Virus record (IMG/VR): IMGVR_UViG_3300045988_076196
Location: 32,242-96,241 of that record
Origin: a virus
Reading direction: 5' to 3' (one strand)
DNA: 64,000 bases
The position numbers and the translations under genes were made by a program. Numbering within the stretch: position 1 is the first letter of the stretch; each line of letters starts with the position of its first letter. Under the pieces are notes generated by a model. That model saw nothing but the letters and a program-made list of their open reading frames with translations. It was not told the origin of the DNA and searched no databases. Of this stretch, positions 17,322 to 27,766 are shown piece after piece.

Positions 17322-18146
17322 ATGTTTTGCCCATATTGCGGCAAGGAAAAGCAAGATAGCCAATTCTATAAAAGCCCAATTAAAACGGGCGAATATATTA
17401 AACCATGCAAGTCATGTGTAACTGAGCTATACAAACAAGCACTTGAAGCCACTAAAGACCAAGGCGCGGCATTATGGTCAACTTGTATGCAGACTGGTAT
17501 TCCTATGCGACGGGCTGAATATACCGCTTGTCTTGATACACTAGAAAAGGCGGCTAAAGGCAAAAAGCCTAGTCTATTTATGTTGTATCATACATACTTA
17601 TCAACATCACCGGATAAATTGACTGGTGTATGGGATAGCGATATGGAGCTGTCTAATTTCAAGGATTTGGGCGATGTGGCTAAGAGCGAAACGGATGAAG
17701 TTGCATTAAAGGCAAGATGGAATCGTCAGTGGGGCGTTGATTATGAAGAATGGGAATATCAGTGGCTTGATGACATATTTGATAGATATACGGAAGAAAT
17801 TCTTGATATGGACACAGCTAAAGAGATGACATATAGGAATCTGTGTCAAGCCAATCTGCGTAAATTCAAAGACCCAACAGATAAAGACGCTGGGGATGAA
17901 ATTCTTAAATTGATGAAGGTACTAAAACTAGACCAGTTTAAGGAAAATAAGCAGAGCGATACAGAAAAATTCATTGAGCGCATGGCTTGGAATATTGAAA
18001 ATACAAAACCGTGTGAATGTGAGGATTTGAATAAATATAAGGATTTTAGTGGATTTGAGCTGACTTGGAATCATATTATGAGAAGTTTGAAAAATCTATG
18101 CGCCGGATCAAAAGACTATCCAGACATCCCTGTTGATGAGCGATGA
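17322..18146 (+). CDS. possible small terminase subunit (by position only)
   Basis: 274-aa ORF immediately upstream of TerL; N-terminal CPYCG...CKSC zinc finger; no diagnostic motif. Confidence 0.3.
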   Translation: MFCPYCGKEKQDSQFYKSPIKTGEYIKPCKSCVTELYKQALEATKDQGAALWSTCMQTGIPMRRAEYTACLDTLEKAAKGKKPSLFMLYHTYLSTSPDKLTGVWDSDMELSNFKDLGDVAKSETDEVALKARWNRQWGVDYEEWEYQWLDDIFDRYTEEILDMDTAKEMTYRNLCQANLRKFKDPTDKDAGDEILKLMKVLKLDQFKENKQSDTEKFIERMAWNIENTKPCECEDLNKYKDFSGFELTWNHIMRSLKNLCAGSKDYPDIPVDER

Positions 18147-18162
18147 TTGGTGGTGATATGAA

Positions 18163-20007
18163 ATGAAGAGTCAAATGGGAGGACTTCGTAGGAAGTTTAT
18201 GTCCAACCACTTAATCACGACCGAGGCATGGTCTGGTAAAAGCAAATCGGAAGAGAAAGAGCAAAACGCAATAGAGTGGCTGACTCTTTTTTAGTTCCGT
18301 AGGAATTGGCACATATATGTAGATATGGTGCTTGGTATTAAGCTAAGGCCATTCCAGATGGTTATGATATATTTAATGGGTATATCTCCATTCTTTTATG
18401 CAATCTGTTCTAGAGGTTTGTCAAAATCATTTATGGCTGGACTTGGAGCAATATGTAAGATGAATCTATATCCGTATAGCGAGATTGTTATTACATCGTC
18501 TACTGTTCAACAGGCTAATAAATTAGCTGATAAAAAGATACGCGATGAAATAATTAAGAAGCTCTCAAGTTATTTGTTATACATGTACGAGCATGAGTAT
18601 ATAGTTATAACAAAGCCGGATGATGGTACAAAGATAGAAAATAAGTTAAATGGCTCAACTATTGTTGTATTGCCGTGTACTGAGGCAAGCCGTGGTGAAC
18701 GTGCAACACTGCTTATTTATGAAGAGGTGCGTTTGCTTAAAAAGACAATTCTTGATGCGGTCTTTGAAAAGATGCCACACCCAAGACAGGCCAAATATAT
18801 GGATAATCCTGTTTATGGGAATAATAAACGATGGATTGAAGAATGCCAGCGTATCTACATTACGTCCGCAAGATATAAATATGAATGGTTTTGGCGTTCT
18901 TTTAAGAATGTGTTCACTCAGCATTTTATAGACAAGCGCGTCAATCATAATGTTTTTGCTGGTGATATATTTATGGCAATAGATAATCGCTTAAAGACGT
19001 GGGCTGATTATCGCAAAGACAAGGCGGAGTCTGAGATGGATTGGAAAATGGAAGACCTCAACCAGATGATAGGCGAGGCTGAGGATGCGTTTTTCACATA
19101 CGAGCAATTTAAGACAGCGCAAATTTTACAGCATTGTTTTAGACCTCTTACATACCTTGATTTCTTCTCTGGTGAACAGGTTGATTTTCCAGAGAAAAAG
19201 GAAGATGAAGTGCGACTCGTTGTGGTTGACTACGCATTTTCCAACACTACTGGTTGTACAAAGAACGACAATACCATTATTACGCTCATGTCGGCGCATT
19301 GGGATAAAAAGAAAAATCGGTTTGAACGTCATATTGATTATATAGAGGGACATGATGCTTCTGACACAATAGGCGCATCTGATAGAGCGAGATACTTATG
19401 GTGGGTATATGATGCGGATTATCTATGTCCCGATGGACGCTCTGGTGGTGAAGTTCTATTCAATCATATGACAGAGCCATTGTCTTGGCCGGAATTAGGA
19501 CTTAGGTGGAATAAGCACGGATTAGGTCTTGCAGATAAATACCAGATGGTTCCACAAGCAAAATTGGATGATTATAGAAGTCGTGTCGTTGACAAAGATG
19601 CAGTTCCAGCTATTATACCCGTGATAGGCACACCAGAGTTGAACTCTACTGGTTGGTTGTCACTGCGTAAACAGCTTGAAACTAACAATATGAAATTCCT
19701 TATTTCTATGCAAGATTATCAGAATGAGCTAACAGATAGTGGTGAATATTATAAATATACTGCTGAAGAATTAGTTAATCAGCTTGAGCCATACGGACAG
19801 ACAGATATGACAATCATAGAGGCAGTTAATCTAAAGACGGTTATTAAGCAAGATAAAATCAAACTAGAAGAACCGCGCACAGGAACTAAGGATAGAATTG
19901 TAACCATTATGTATGGAAATTATATTATTGACTTGATTGAGAACGCATGGCAACAACAGTTACAAGAAGATGAGTTTGATGTTGATTCGATTCAATTAGT
20001 ATATTAG
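18163..20007 (+). CDS. terL: terminase large subunit, with an in-frame TAG at 18292-18294 (uninterrupted ORF is 18325..20007)
   Basis: Walker A-like CSRGLSKS, Walker B LLIYEEV, nuclease VVVDYAFS...DNTIIT; the upstream 43 codons are in the same frame and have a GGTGGTGA RBS, whereas ATG 18325 has no RBS. Confidence 0.75.
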
Positions 20008-20157
20008 TATTTGCCTATGAAGCGGTAGCTATGTTGGTGTGTTGCCGTGGAGGCACTATTAGGGTTGTGTGGAATCCAAGTTCCAACTGAGGCTTAATCA
20101 AAAAAAGTTGAAAATAAAAACACTCAAAAAATATAAAACAAGGAAAGGAGGTTGAAG

Positions 20158-21735
20158 ATGCCAAAAAATAATGAAGATGTGAAGCTGTCTAAAAATGACC
20201 TTCAGGATATTATTGATTTTAGTGCAGGTCTGATGGCGGTTGATAATTTTTACTCACCATTTCTGAGCAACCAGCTATTGACCAATCTAAACAATAATCC
20301 TCGTCTACCTAATGCAGAGGCGGTAAAAAAGGCGCTCAATGATTATAAGAATAGCGGCGCCGATTTACAGGGTTTTGTAGAATTTGCATCAGCGTTTGAT
20401 ATGATTTTCAAGCGCACTTTATATTCTTATGCAAATGCGCTATCTTTCGACCTTCAGATAACGTGCAAAAATGCATATACAAAGGGCGACTATGAATCAG
20501 AGGAATATAAGAAAGACCGGCAGACAGTAGATAATTTCTTGACCAATTTTGATTACAAGAAAGAATTTTATAATGTTCTGCTAAATGTCTTAAAGCGCGA
20601 CTCATATTTTACTTGGTTTAGAAAGACTAAGAGCGGTAATCGCGGCAAGATGAAGTATGCTCTACAAATTATGCCACAAGATTATTGTATGCTTACGGGG
20701 TACTTTGAAAAAGGGTTGCTGTGGTCTTTTAATGTACTGTATTTTATGCAACCGGGCGTAGATATTGAGGGATTTGACCCAAGTCTCAAAAAGACATATC
20801 TTGATGCGATTGAAAATGCTGAGTTAAATTACAAGCCGTCTGCGCCACTCGATAAACGTAATGGTAGTTATGCTCTATGGGCAGATGTATCACCACTTAA
20901 TGGTGCTTATGCTTGGAAATTTTCTACAGATAACTTTGCTAACAATCCATTCTTATCGCCATATGTAGCAAATGTTTTACGTAGTGATGAGGTTGGAGAA
21001 TTACAGTATAACAAAGATCTTATCTCTGCGGCTGGTATTCTAGCTGGTGAGATTAGATTATTTGATTCAGCCAAGTCAGGCACGAAGGCGAATCAGTTCG
21101 CCATTGATCCGAAAACGCTTGGTGCATTTATGCAAAAGGCGGCTAATGGACTAAAGAATGCTGCCAAACTAGCAGCTATACCACTTGAGAATATTAAATA
21201 TTTCCAATTTGAGGATAAGAACCCAAATAGCTATACAAATGAGCTAACTACAACAGCTGGTATTGGTACTGGCATTAGCCGTGTTATCTATTCATCCGAT
21301 AAGATGAGTAATGCTGAACTAGAGGCGGCGCTTAATGAGGTCTATCAGACCATGAAGCCAATGTATGCTCAGTTCAATAATTTCCTTGATTTCTATGTGA
21401 ATCAAATGACAAGCAAATATAAGTTTAAGTTTGAGTTTGTTGGTTCTAACTATCAATTTGAGCGCGATGCTAGATTTGATAAGATGATGAAAATGGCTGA
21501 TAAGGGGCTTGTACTCAATTCATCTGCATGGGCTAGTGCTGTTGGTATGAACCCTGTCACATTTGATAGGATGCTTGCTGAGAGTAAATATACTGGATGG
21601 ATTGATAAGTATTCGACCATGATGCTTAACGCTAATACATCGTCTTACAAAGATAATAAGGGCGGGCGTGAACGCAAGAACGCTAGAGATTTGACCGATT
21701 CAGGCGAAGCAAGCCGAGAAACATTAGAGGAATGA
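20158..21735 (+). CDS. portal protein (by position and size)
   Basis: about 525 aa directly downstream of TerL; GGAGG 6 nt before ATG 20158. Confidence 0.6.
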   Translation: MPKNNEDVKLSKNDLQDIIDFSAGLMAVDNFYSPFLSNQLLTNLNNNPRLPNAEAVKKALNDYKNSGADLQGFVEFASAFDMIFKRTLYSYANALSFDLQITCKNAYTKGDYESEEYKKDRQTVDNFLTNFDYKKEFYNVLLNVLKRDSYFTWFRKTKSGNRGKMKYALQIMPQDYCMLTGYFEKGLLWSFNVLYFMQPGVDIEGFDPSLKKTYLDAIENAELNYKPSAPLDKRNGSYALWADVSPLNGAYAWKFSTDNFANNPFLSPYVANVLRSDEVGELQYNKDLISAAGILAGEIRLFDSAKSGTKANQFAIDPKTLGAFMQKAANGLKNAAKLAAIPLENIKYFQFEDKNPNSYTNELTTTAGIGTGISRVIYSSDKMSNAELEAALNEVYQTMKPMYAQFNNFLDFYVNQMTSKYKFKFEFVGSNYQFERDARFDKMMKMADKGLVLNSSAWASAVGMNPVTFDRMLAESKYTGWIDKYSTMMLNANTSSYKDNKGGRERKNARDLTDSGEASRETLEE

Positions 21736-21739
21736 TATT

Positions 21740-22252
21740 ATGATGTTATCAGAAAGAACAAGTGAAGCCCTAGATATTCTAGTTGGGCAGTATTTCCAGT
21801 TGAATCGCACGTTTGATCGTTGCGTATCGTGGATGGAAGTAAAATTTGCTATGCCAAATGCGGCAAATATTATCCATCACAAATTAGCGCATCTCTGGCC
21901 GCTTATGGCTGATACTGTAAGTGACTTTAAGCATCAGTGGAACATTACTACATACTATCCTGAGACGCGCGGCGATAAGCGTGAATATGACAATCTTGAG
22001 CAAATGATGGATACTATGCTTAGAGAAACGCTTGATCTATATCAAGTCATCAAGCAGACGTATTATATTGCAAAAGAAGAAAAAGATTTTAACGCAAACG
22101 CTATGCTACAAGATTTGATGGAAGATATGAATAAAGTTGTAGCACAGATTATTCTATTGGATGATAAAGCCAAACAGATGCCAACAGCATATGATGAATA
22201 TGATCGGCACATTAATAGTTGGGGCATTGTTGGCTTGGAGGATTATCAATGA
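21740..22252 (+). CDS. hypothetical protein, probably helical
   Basis: 170-aa ORF translationally coupled to its neighbours. Confidence 0.5.
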   Translation: MMLSERTSEALDILVGQYFQLNRTFDRCVSWMEVKFAMPNAANIIHHKLAHLWPLMADTVSDFKHQWNITTYYPETRGDKREYDNLEQMMDTMLRETLDLYQVIKQTYYIAKEEKDFNANAMLQDLMEDMNKVVAQIILLDDKAKQMPTAYDEYDRHINSWGIVGLEDYQ

Positions 22253-22425
22253 TTATCCTTGGAATCCCCAAGAATCCAGAAGATTATTTTATTGCTGATG
22301 ATGCGCTTGCTTGGGAATTAGATAAGGCTGGCTTTTCAGCTAAATACCTAGACGAGGATGCGCATTATTATAAGCGCAACGCAAAATTACTAAGATGGCT
22401 TGATAAGAATGGAATAGAAGGATAA
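22249..22425 (+). CDS. hypothetical 58-aa protein
   Basis: GGAGGA RBS; ATGA overlap with the upstream stop. Confidence 0.45.
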   Translation: MIILGIPKNPEDYFIADDALAWELDKAGFSAKYLDEDAHYYKRNAKLLRWLDKNGIEG

Positions 22426-22450
22426 TACGCTAGAAAGGAGGAATCTATGA

Positions 22451-22870
22451 TTGGAAACAGTCAAGAATATTGCCGCAATTTTAGGAGCAATCCTTTCTTT
22501 GTCAGCGGTTATTACCTTATGTTGCAAACCTATTAAACTATATATTGCAAATGCTCTAAAAAAATATCAGAGCGAACAAGATGATAAAGTAAAACAAAAT
22601 ACCCTTAAAGCGACGCTCAAGCGAATTGAGAGTAAGCTAGATGCAACTATAGCATATACAACTGAGGCGTGTCGTGGTGAAATCAAAAATATGTTCTATA
22701 AATATATAGATAATAAGACATTGCCATATTATGAAAAGATGCACATGATACAGATTGAGGATATTTATGTAAATAAGTTGCAAAAGAATCATTATACTAA
22801 GGGGCTTATTGAAGAAATGAAAACGTGGTCTGTTGACTATAGTGGTGTTGATTCACAAAATGTCAATTAA
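22451..22870 (+). CDS. membrane-anchored hypothetical protein
   Basis: TTG start 9 nt after AAAGGAGG; N-terminal hydrophobic helix IAAILGAILSLSAVITLCC. Confidence 0.5.
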   Translation: METVKNIAAILGAILSLSAVITLCCKPIKLYIANALKKYQSEQDDKVKQNTLKATLKRIESKLDATIAYTTEACRGEIKNMFYKYIDNKTLPYYEKMHMIQIEDIYVNKLQKNHYTKGLIEEMKTWSVDYSGVDSQNVN

Positions 22871-22961
22871 CCATAAATTGGCGGCTTGGGCATAGCGCTC
22901 TTTGGGTCACCGTAGACGGGATGAATATCTCGTTATATCCTTGCAGAAAGGAGGAAGATAA

Positions 22962-24635
22962 TTGGAAAAAATTGTATCATTGGCTGTTGATGATGTCCAA
23001 AAAATTGACTTTGATAGCTATTCTGATGATGAATTTGCTATAGCCAAAATGGGCTTTCTATCAACTAGACCGAACGCGCACAATTTAATCATTGATGAAG
23101 ATGTCTTACGTGAATCTGCGTCATCTGCTTTGAATAAATGGGTCGTTGCAGATATGTTTATGGGAGAACCCACCACTCATACAAAGAATGAGCATATAGT
23201 TGGTAGAATCCCAAGAAGCCAAAGCGTTGAATTTGTCTATGATGATGATGGATACCTTAGAGCATATGTAGATACTGTTATCTCTAAAATTTACGCCAAG
23301 GATTTTTGCAAGGCGTTTGAGCAAGACAAGAATCGCGCTGTTTCTGTAGAAATGAAAATTTTTACAGATGGGGAAGATGATAATATTGTTCAACGTTTTA
23401 ACATTATGGGCGTAACAGTTTTGGGTAAAAGCATAAAACCGAGTTGTCCCGAATCTGATATAGAATTTGTCAGATTTTCAGAGGAGGATGCAGATAAGTT
23501 CTTCGAGAAACAGTCTGACTCTTTATCACAACTCAAGAATTTTGTTGAGGAGCGTAAACAATCAATGGCTGAAAAATATGTAAACCATCCTATCAATACA
23601 TCTAAGGATGCTGTATATACAGGTGAATGGGATGGTGATGAAGCAAAGAAAAATTTAGTCAAAGAGAAAAACTATAAGACTCTAGCGCCCAAGGTATGCC
23701 TCAGACTTGAGGAAGGTTGGGAAGATAGAGAGGTAACCAAACTGGGCTACCCCGTCATGGGACTATATGACGGTGAATGGCGTTATTCAACTAAAGCTCT
23801 ATCATCTGCACTAGCCTATGCAAAGCAGAATGATGAGACTGAGGTTGTAAATAAAATTGAGGCTATCTATAAAAAGTTAGACCTTGATGACGATTCTGAA
23901 AGAAAGGAGGACAAGAAAATGGCTGAAATTGAATTTAGCGCGGTTGATATTGGCGATATGTGGGGTAGACTATATAGCGCCATGCGCGAAGCTCGTAATT
24001 GGGAATATGGTATTCAGGGTATTTATGAGGAGGACAATAAGAAGTTTGCAATCCTTATTGATGATGCTAAGAAGCTATATCGGCTCGATTTTAGTCTGAC
24101 TGAGGACGGTCTTACTCTTGCAGATGAGGTTGTTGAGGTAAAGCAGGAATTTACTGAGACAGACAACATGAAGAAATTTGCCGAACCAGAGAATGTTGCT
24201 GAATATCGTCTAGCTGAATGTGACCATGATGATGACGAAGAAGATCATGAGATGTCTGCTGACGAAATGAAAGCTAAGATGGCTGAACTCGAAAAGGATA
24301 TTGAATCCCGTGATAATATCATCATGGAAAAAGATGCAGAACTAGAAGAACTGCGCAAATTTAAGGCAGAAGTTGAGGAACAGCGCAAAGCTGCAACCGT
24401 TGAATCTATTATGGCTGAATGCAAGGAATATATGTCTGATGAGCAGTATAAGGAAATGCGTGAAGAAGGCATGGCTTGCAAGATGGCTGAGATTGATGGT
24501 TGGACAAATAAGGTCAAGGCTGTATCTTTCTCTGCTGTAAAGAAGAATGTAAAGAAAAATAATGATGGGCTGTTCCGCTTTGCGGCTCCTATCGACAATA
24601 ACAAGAAATCAAACTCTGTTTGGGATAGAATTTAA
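22962..24635 (+). CDS. putative scaffolding / prohead-protease fusion protein
   Basis: lies between portal and capsid genes; C-terminal half is acidic coiled coil (EELRKFKAEVEEQRKAA). Confidence 0.35.
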   Translation: MEKIVSLAVDDVQKIDFDSYSDDEFAIAKMGFLSTRPNAHNLIIDEDVLRESASSALNKWVVADMFMGEPTTHTKNEHIVGRIPRSQSVEFVYDDDGYLRAYVDTVISKIYAKDFCKAFEQDKNRAVSVEMKIFTDGEDDNIVQRFNIMGVTVLGKSIKPSCPESDIEFVRFSEEDADKFFEKQSDSLSQLKNFVEERKQSMAEKYVNHPINTSKDAVYTGEWDGDEAKKNLVKEKNYKTLAPKVCLRLEEGWEDREVTKLGYPVMGLYDGEWRYSTKALSSALAYAKQNDETEVVNKIEAIYKKLDLDDDSERKEDKKMAEIEFSAVDIGDMWGRLYSAMREARNWEYGIQGIYEEDNKKFAILIDDAKKLYRLDFSLTEDGLTLADEVVEVKQEFTETDNMKKFAEPENVAEYRLAECDHDDDEEDHEMSADEMKAKMAELEKDIESRDNIIMEKDAELEELRKFKAEVEEQRKAATVESIMAECKEYMSDEQYKEMREEGMACKMAEIDGWTNKVKAVSFSAVKKNVKKNNDGLFRFAAPIDNNKKSNSVWDRI

Positions 24636-24642
24636 CTAAATT

Positions 24643-24675
24643 TATAATTAAAGGAGACTATTTAATTATGGCAAA
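24643..24675 (+). repeat. 33-nt translation-initiation cassette, copy 1
   Basis: tataattaaaggagactatttaattatggcaaa, identical to 25182-25214. Confidence 0.9.
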
Positions 24676-25153
24676 GAATCATGCTATTTTCAATGGCACA
24701 CACTGCGCTTTCTGGGATGTGGATGCTTACAATCTAGTTGGTATCGCTGCTACTGATATCGACAACGCTACTTTCCTAACCCTAGGCGATATTAAGCTCA
24801 AGACAGATGGCGGCTATGAGTTTGCTGTTACTGCTGATGCTACTGATGGCGAGTACATTGCTGGCACTCCTACAGTTGGTTATGGTGTCGAGGCTCAAAT
24901 TTTTGAAGACCCTCGCTATTTTACTAATGAAGCTGGTAAACCTATCTCTGTAAAGCATCTAGTTAAGGGCGATTGCATTGAGGTTGATATTAAGGCGTTT
25001 AGTGCAGACCCCACCACTTCTACTTATGCCAAGGTTGCCGCTGGCAAGCTGACTGGCTCTACTACTGCTTCTGACCCATTCAAGATTCTTGGCACTCACA
25101 CTATTGATATTGGTGGCGAACTCGTTAAGACTTGGATTCTCATGAAGCAGTAA
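24668..25153 (+). CDS. putative head decoration or auxiliary capsid protein
   Basis: 161-aa ORF directly upstream of the capsid gene; shares the capsid gene's RBS cassette. Confidence 0.4.
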   Translation: MAKNHAIFNGTHCAFWDVDAYNLVGIAATDIDNATFLTLGDIKLKTDGGYEFAVTADATDGEYIAGTPTVGYGVEAQIFEDPRYFTNEAGKPISVKHLVKGDCIEVDIKAFSADPTTSTYAKVAAGKLTGSTTASDPFKILGTHTIDIGGELVKTWILMKQ

Positions 25154-25181
25154 TATCCAAACAATTACTATATAAATAAAA

Positions 25182-25214
25182 TATAATTAAAGGAGACTAT
25201 TTAATTATGGCAAA
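25182..25214 (+). repeat. 33-nt translation-initiation cassette, copy 2
   Basis: identical to 24643-24675. Confidence 0.9.
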
Positions 25215-26307
25215 TATTATCACCCCAGAACTAGTTCAGTTTGCCAAGGGCAATGCTGATTTTTATACCGCTTTCGCTGATTATCACAACCATAAGGCCG
25301 CTACTGAGTGGGGCAAGTCTATGGGAGCATATGACCAGTCTGTTTCTCTAACTGAGAAGGCTGAAAAGGTTCGCAATGCCTACTTTGCAGAGATCGAAAA
25401 GGTTTCCAACTGTCCTCTAACTGCTGAGAATCGTGATGCTTGGATGGCTAATCCTGTTGTCCAGTGGGCTAATTTTGCTGTCATCAACGCGACTGTTAAT
25501 GTCGTTCTACCCGGTTATGTTACTTCCACCTTTGCGCCTTTCGTTGATTTCCGCACTGTCGGCTATGCTGATATCGTTAATCTGGCTATTCCTCCCAAGA
25601 CTCTATATACCGTGTCTAAGGGCGCTAAGGGTGAGCGTACCAGCTTCCGTCAGAAGAAGTATAGGGGCAATGTCATTCTAACCCCAATCGAGCACATCAT
25701 CACCACCTACGTTGATATGGCTCGCGTATTTGCTGGTAAGGACGATCTAGCTGAGGCTGTTCGTGCTATCGTTGTTTCTATTGAGCTCGATATGAACAAG
25801 GAAATTGTCTCTGCTCTATCCACTGGTCTTGGCGATGTCAATTATCCCTCTCAGTTTGTTGAGAATGGTGCATTTGATGCCAAGAAGCTCGTTCAGCTTG
25901 CACAGCGCGTTCAGGCTTATAACCAGATGGCTAAGCCCATCATCCTTGGAACTGCAGCTGCTCTAATGAATGTTCTACCTGATAGCGCCCTTGGCTATCG
26001 TATGAACATTGATGGCAAGGAAGGTGTTGTCTCTTATGTCAAGAACTTCTACGGTTTTGATCTGTATGAACTACCTCAAGCTCCTACTGGCGGCGCTGAC
26101 TTTGGTATGGCTCTAAATGATAATGTTCTATATGTTATCAGCCCAGCAGTCAACAAGGCTATTGCTGGTGTTATGAGCACTTCTATGACCAACTCCAACC
26201 AGTTCTATGAGAATGCAGATATTAGCCAGAACTTCACGATGCGGAAAGCATACGACTTCCAGTTCATCACGGCAGCATACGCCGGTATGTACACCATCAC
26301 TGACTAA
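25207..26307 (+). CDS. major capsid protein (by position, size and expression signals)
   Basis: 366 aa; strong RBS; followed by a strong terminator. Confidence 0.6.
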   Translation: MANIITPELVQFAKGNADFYTAFADYHNHKAATEWGKSMGAYDQSVSLTEKAEKVRNAYFAEIEKVSNCPLTAENRDAWMANPVVQWANFAVINATVNVVLPGYVTSTFAPFVDFRTVGYADIVNLAIPPKTLYTVSKGAKGERTSFRQKKYRGNVILTPIEHIITTYVDMARVFAGKDDLAEAVRAIVVSIELDMNKEIVSALSTGLGDVNYPSQFVENGAFDAKKLVQLAQRVQAYNQMAKPIILGTAAALMNVLPDSALGYRMNIDGKEGVVSYVKNFYGFDLYELPQAPTGGADFGMALNDNVLYVISPAVNKAIAGVMSTSMTNSNQFYENADISQNFTMRKAYDFQFITAAYAGMYTITD

Positions 26308-26321
26308 TAGTAAATATCTAT

Positions 26322-26353
26322 GAGAGGGGTTAGAAATAACCCCTCTCTATTTA
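26322..26353 (+). terminator. rho-independent terminator after the capsid gene
   Basis: gagaggggt-tagaaata-acccctctc followed by tatttat. Confidence 0.7.
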
Positions 26354-26383
26354 TAACGGAAACAAGAAAGGAAAATAAAAGGA

Positions 26384-27037
26384 ATGGCAAACACTACTAA
26401 TAAATCTACTATGACTACATCCAAGACAACTACTAAGAAAGAAGCTGCGCCAACTACACCAGTTGTAGATACAGAGAAGGAACAGCTAAAAGCACAACTT
26501 GCGGAACAGCAGAAGCGTATGGAAGAAATGATGGCGCAGATGCAAGTTCTTATGCAAGCACAGAGCAATTCTACAACGTCAATCAAATCTGTTAATTCTA
26601 ACAAACAGATTGTATTTATCAATATGACTTCTGGTGGCTTGAATCTCAAGGGGACTCGTATGTATCACATTGACAATCAGTTTGGTACTAAGAGCGTACA
26701 GGAATCTGAGGCTCGTGTCATTGTGGCGAATATGCCCAACACTATTGCTGATGGATATGTATATATTCCAGATAATGAGTTCCTAGAATCTTGTAACATG
26801 GGCGGCGTATACGACGGTATGCTCAATGACGAGCAGATGAAAACGCTACTTAATCAGGACGCGAATTATGTCTGTGATGTATTTGAAAATGCAACAGATT
26901 CTCAAAAGCGCATCATTATTGATATGGTGTCTGATAGACAACTTAATGGTAAGCCTGTTGATGCCAATATTCTAGTTCGTCTTGGCAAGCTGACAGGAGT
27001 AGATTTCTTAAATATTGAACCCCTCGAAGAGGAGTGA
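26384..27037 (+). CDS. hypothetical structural-module protein
   Basis: 217-aa ORF; T/K-rich N-terminus and a coiled-coil segment. Confidence 0.5.
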   Translation: MANTTNKSTMTTSKTTTKKEAAPTTPVVDTEKEQLKAQLAEQQKRMEEMMAQMQVLMQAQSNSTTSIKSVNSNKQIVFINMTSGGLNLKGTRMYHIDNQFGTKSVQESEARVIVANMPNTIADGYVYIPDNEFLESCNMGGVYDGMLNDEQMKTLLNQDANYVCDVFENATDSQKRIIIDMVSDRQLNGKPVDANILVRLGKLTGVDFLNIEPLEEE

Positions 27038-27043
27038 TAAATT

Positions 27044-27484
27044 ATGGCAACATCATTTGATGTTATTGGACAAAGAGCATTAAACGTAATTGATGACTAT
27101 AAACTGCGCAAACTATATGACGCAAACATTGAGCTGTTTCACGACAAGATTGATGGGTGGATTATTAGTTCAGCCGCAAAGTTTATAGAATGTGAACAAC
27201 CTCTAACATATGATTCAGAGCTTAGACAATTTGACGCAGATTTAACAGATTTAGAGATTCAGATTCTTGCCGAATATTGGGTTATATACTGGTGGCGCGG
27301 CGAGACGGACGTAGCAACACAGATTGCACAAAAACTTAAAGTTCCATCCTCTTTTCAGATGGATGGCGTATCCTCACAGAATTTCAAGGAAAAGCAGAAC
27401 GTCATTGATAAGCTAGAAGAAGATGTAGATAGGCTCATCCACGACAAATACCAGCTCTTATATCTATCCTCCTATAATTATTAA
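27044..27484 (+). CDS. putative head-tail connector protein
   Basis: 146 aa; call based on position only. Confidence 0.35.
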   Translation: MATSFDVIGQRALNVIDDYKLRKLYDANIELFHDKIDGWIISSAAKFIECEQPLTYDSELRQFDADLTDLEIQILAEYWVIYWWRGETDVATQIAQKLKVPSSFQMDGVSSQNFKEKQNVIDKLEEDVDRLIHDKYQLLYLSSYNY

Positions 27485-27498
27485 AGAGGGGTGGATAT

Positions 27499-27765
27499 AT
27501 GAGTAGAACAGATAAGCAAGATAAAATTCATGCTTTATATAAAGTCCTATTGCTGTTTGAAGATTTGACCAGTCTTGAGCCGACCATCGAAGAAGCCGAC
27601 TATACAGCATATTGTGAGCGGCTATCTGTGCGATTTAGGGCGGTTGATGGTGAAATCGCTGATACATTGGCAGGATTAAGCAAAATGGGGCTTGAGCTTA
27701 CTCATCCTATTATTCGTTCATGTGTATTGCGCATGACGAACAGAATTGAAAGGATGGGTGATTGA
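27499..27765 (+). CDS. hypothetical protein
   Basis: 88-aa ORF with a GAGGGGTGG RBS. Confidence 0.45.
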   Translation: MSRTDKQDKIHALYKVLLLFEDLTSLEPTIEEADYTAYCERLSVRFRAVDGEIADTLAGLSKMGLELTHPIIRSCVLRMTNRIERMGD

Positions 27766-27766
27766 T

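Noticed and set aside
17105-17344. 79-aa antisense ORF in the 16.8-17.3 kb non-coding block
   Set aside because: It has no RBS, overlaps the start of 17322..18146 in antisense, and is hydrophobic and low-complexity. The region is better treated as non-coding (a cos/pac site or RNA).
18284-18335. T4 gene-60-style translational bypass at the terminase TAG
   Set aside because: The codon before the TAG (ttt) has no matching landing codon downstream. The sequence after the TAG is in frame and looks like conserved terminase sequence, so simple readthrough explains it better.
21740-22252. Ferritin/Dps-like four-helix-bundle protein between the portal and scaffold genes
   Set aside because: There is only a vague resemblance in helix pattern (HHKLAH..., DFNANAMLQDLMEDMNK). 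I could not place the Dps ferroxidase residues. Left as hypothetical.
303-22890. Recurrent short motifs: ttggcggctt at about 303, 17073 and 22878; tgaaaagttagaat at 751 and 3711; aattttaat near several terminators
   Set aside because: Exact matches of 9-14 nt are expected by chance several times in 64 kb of AT-biased DNA. There is no consistent positional context.
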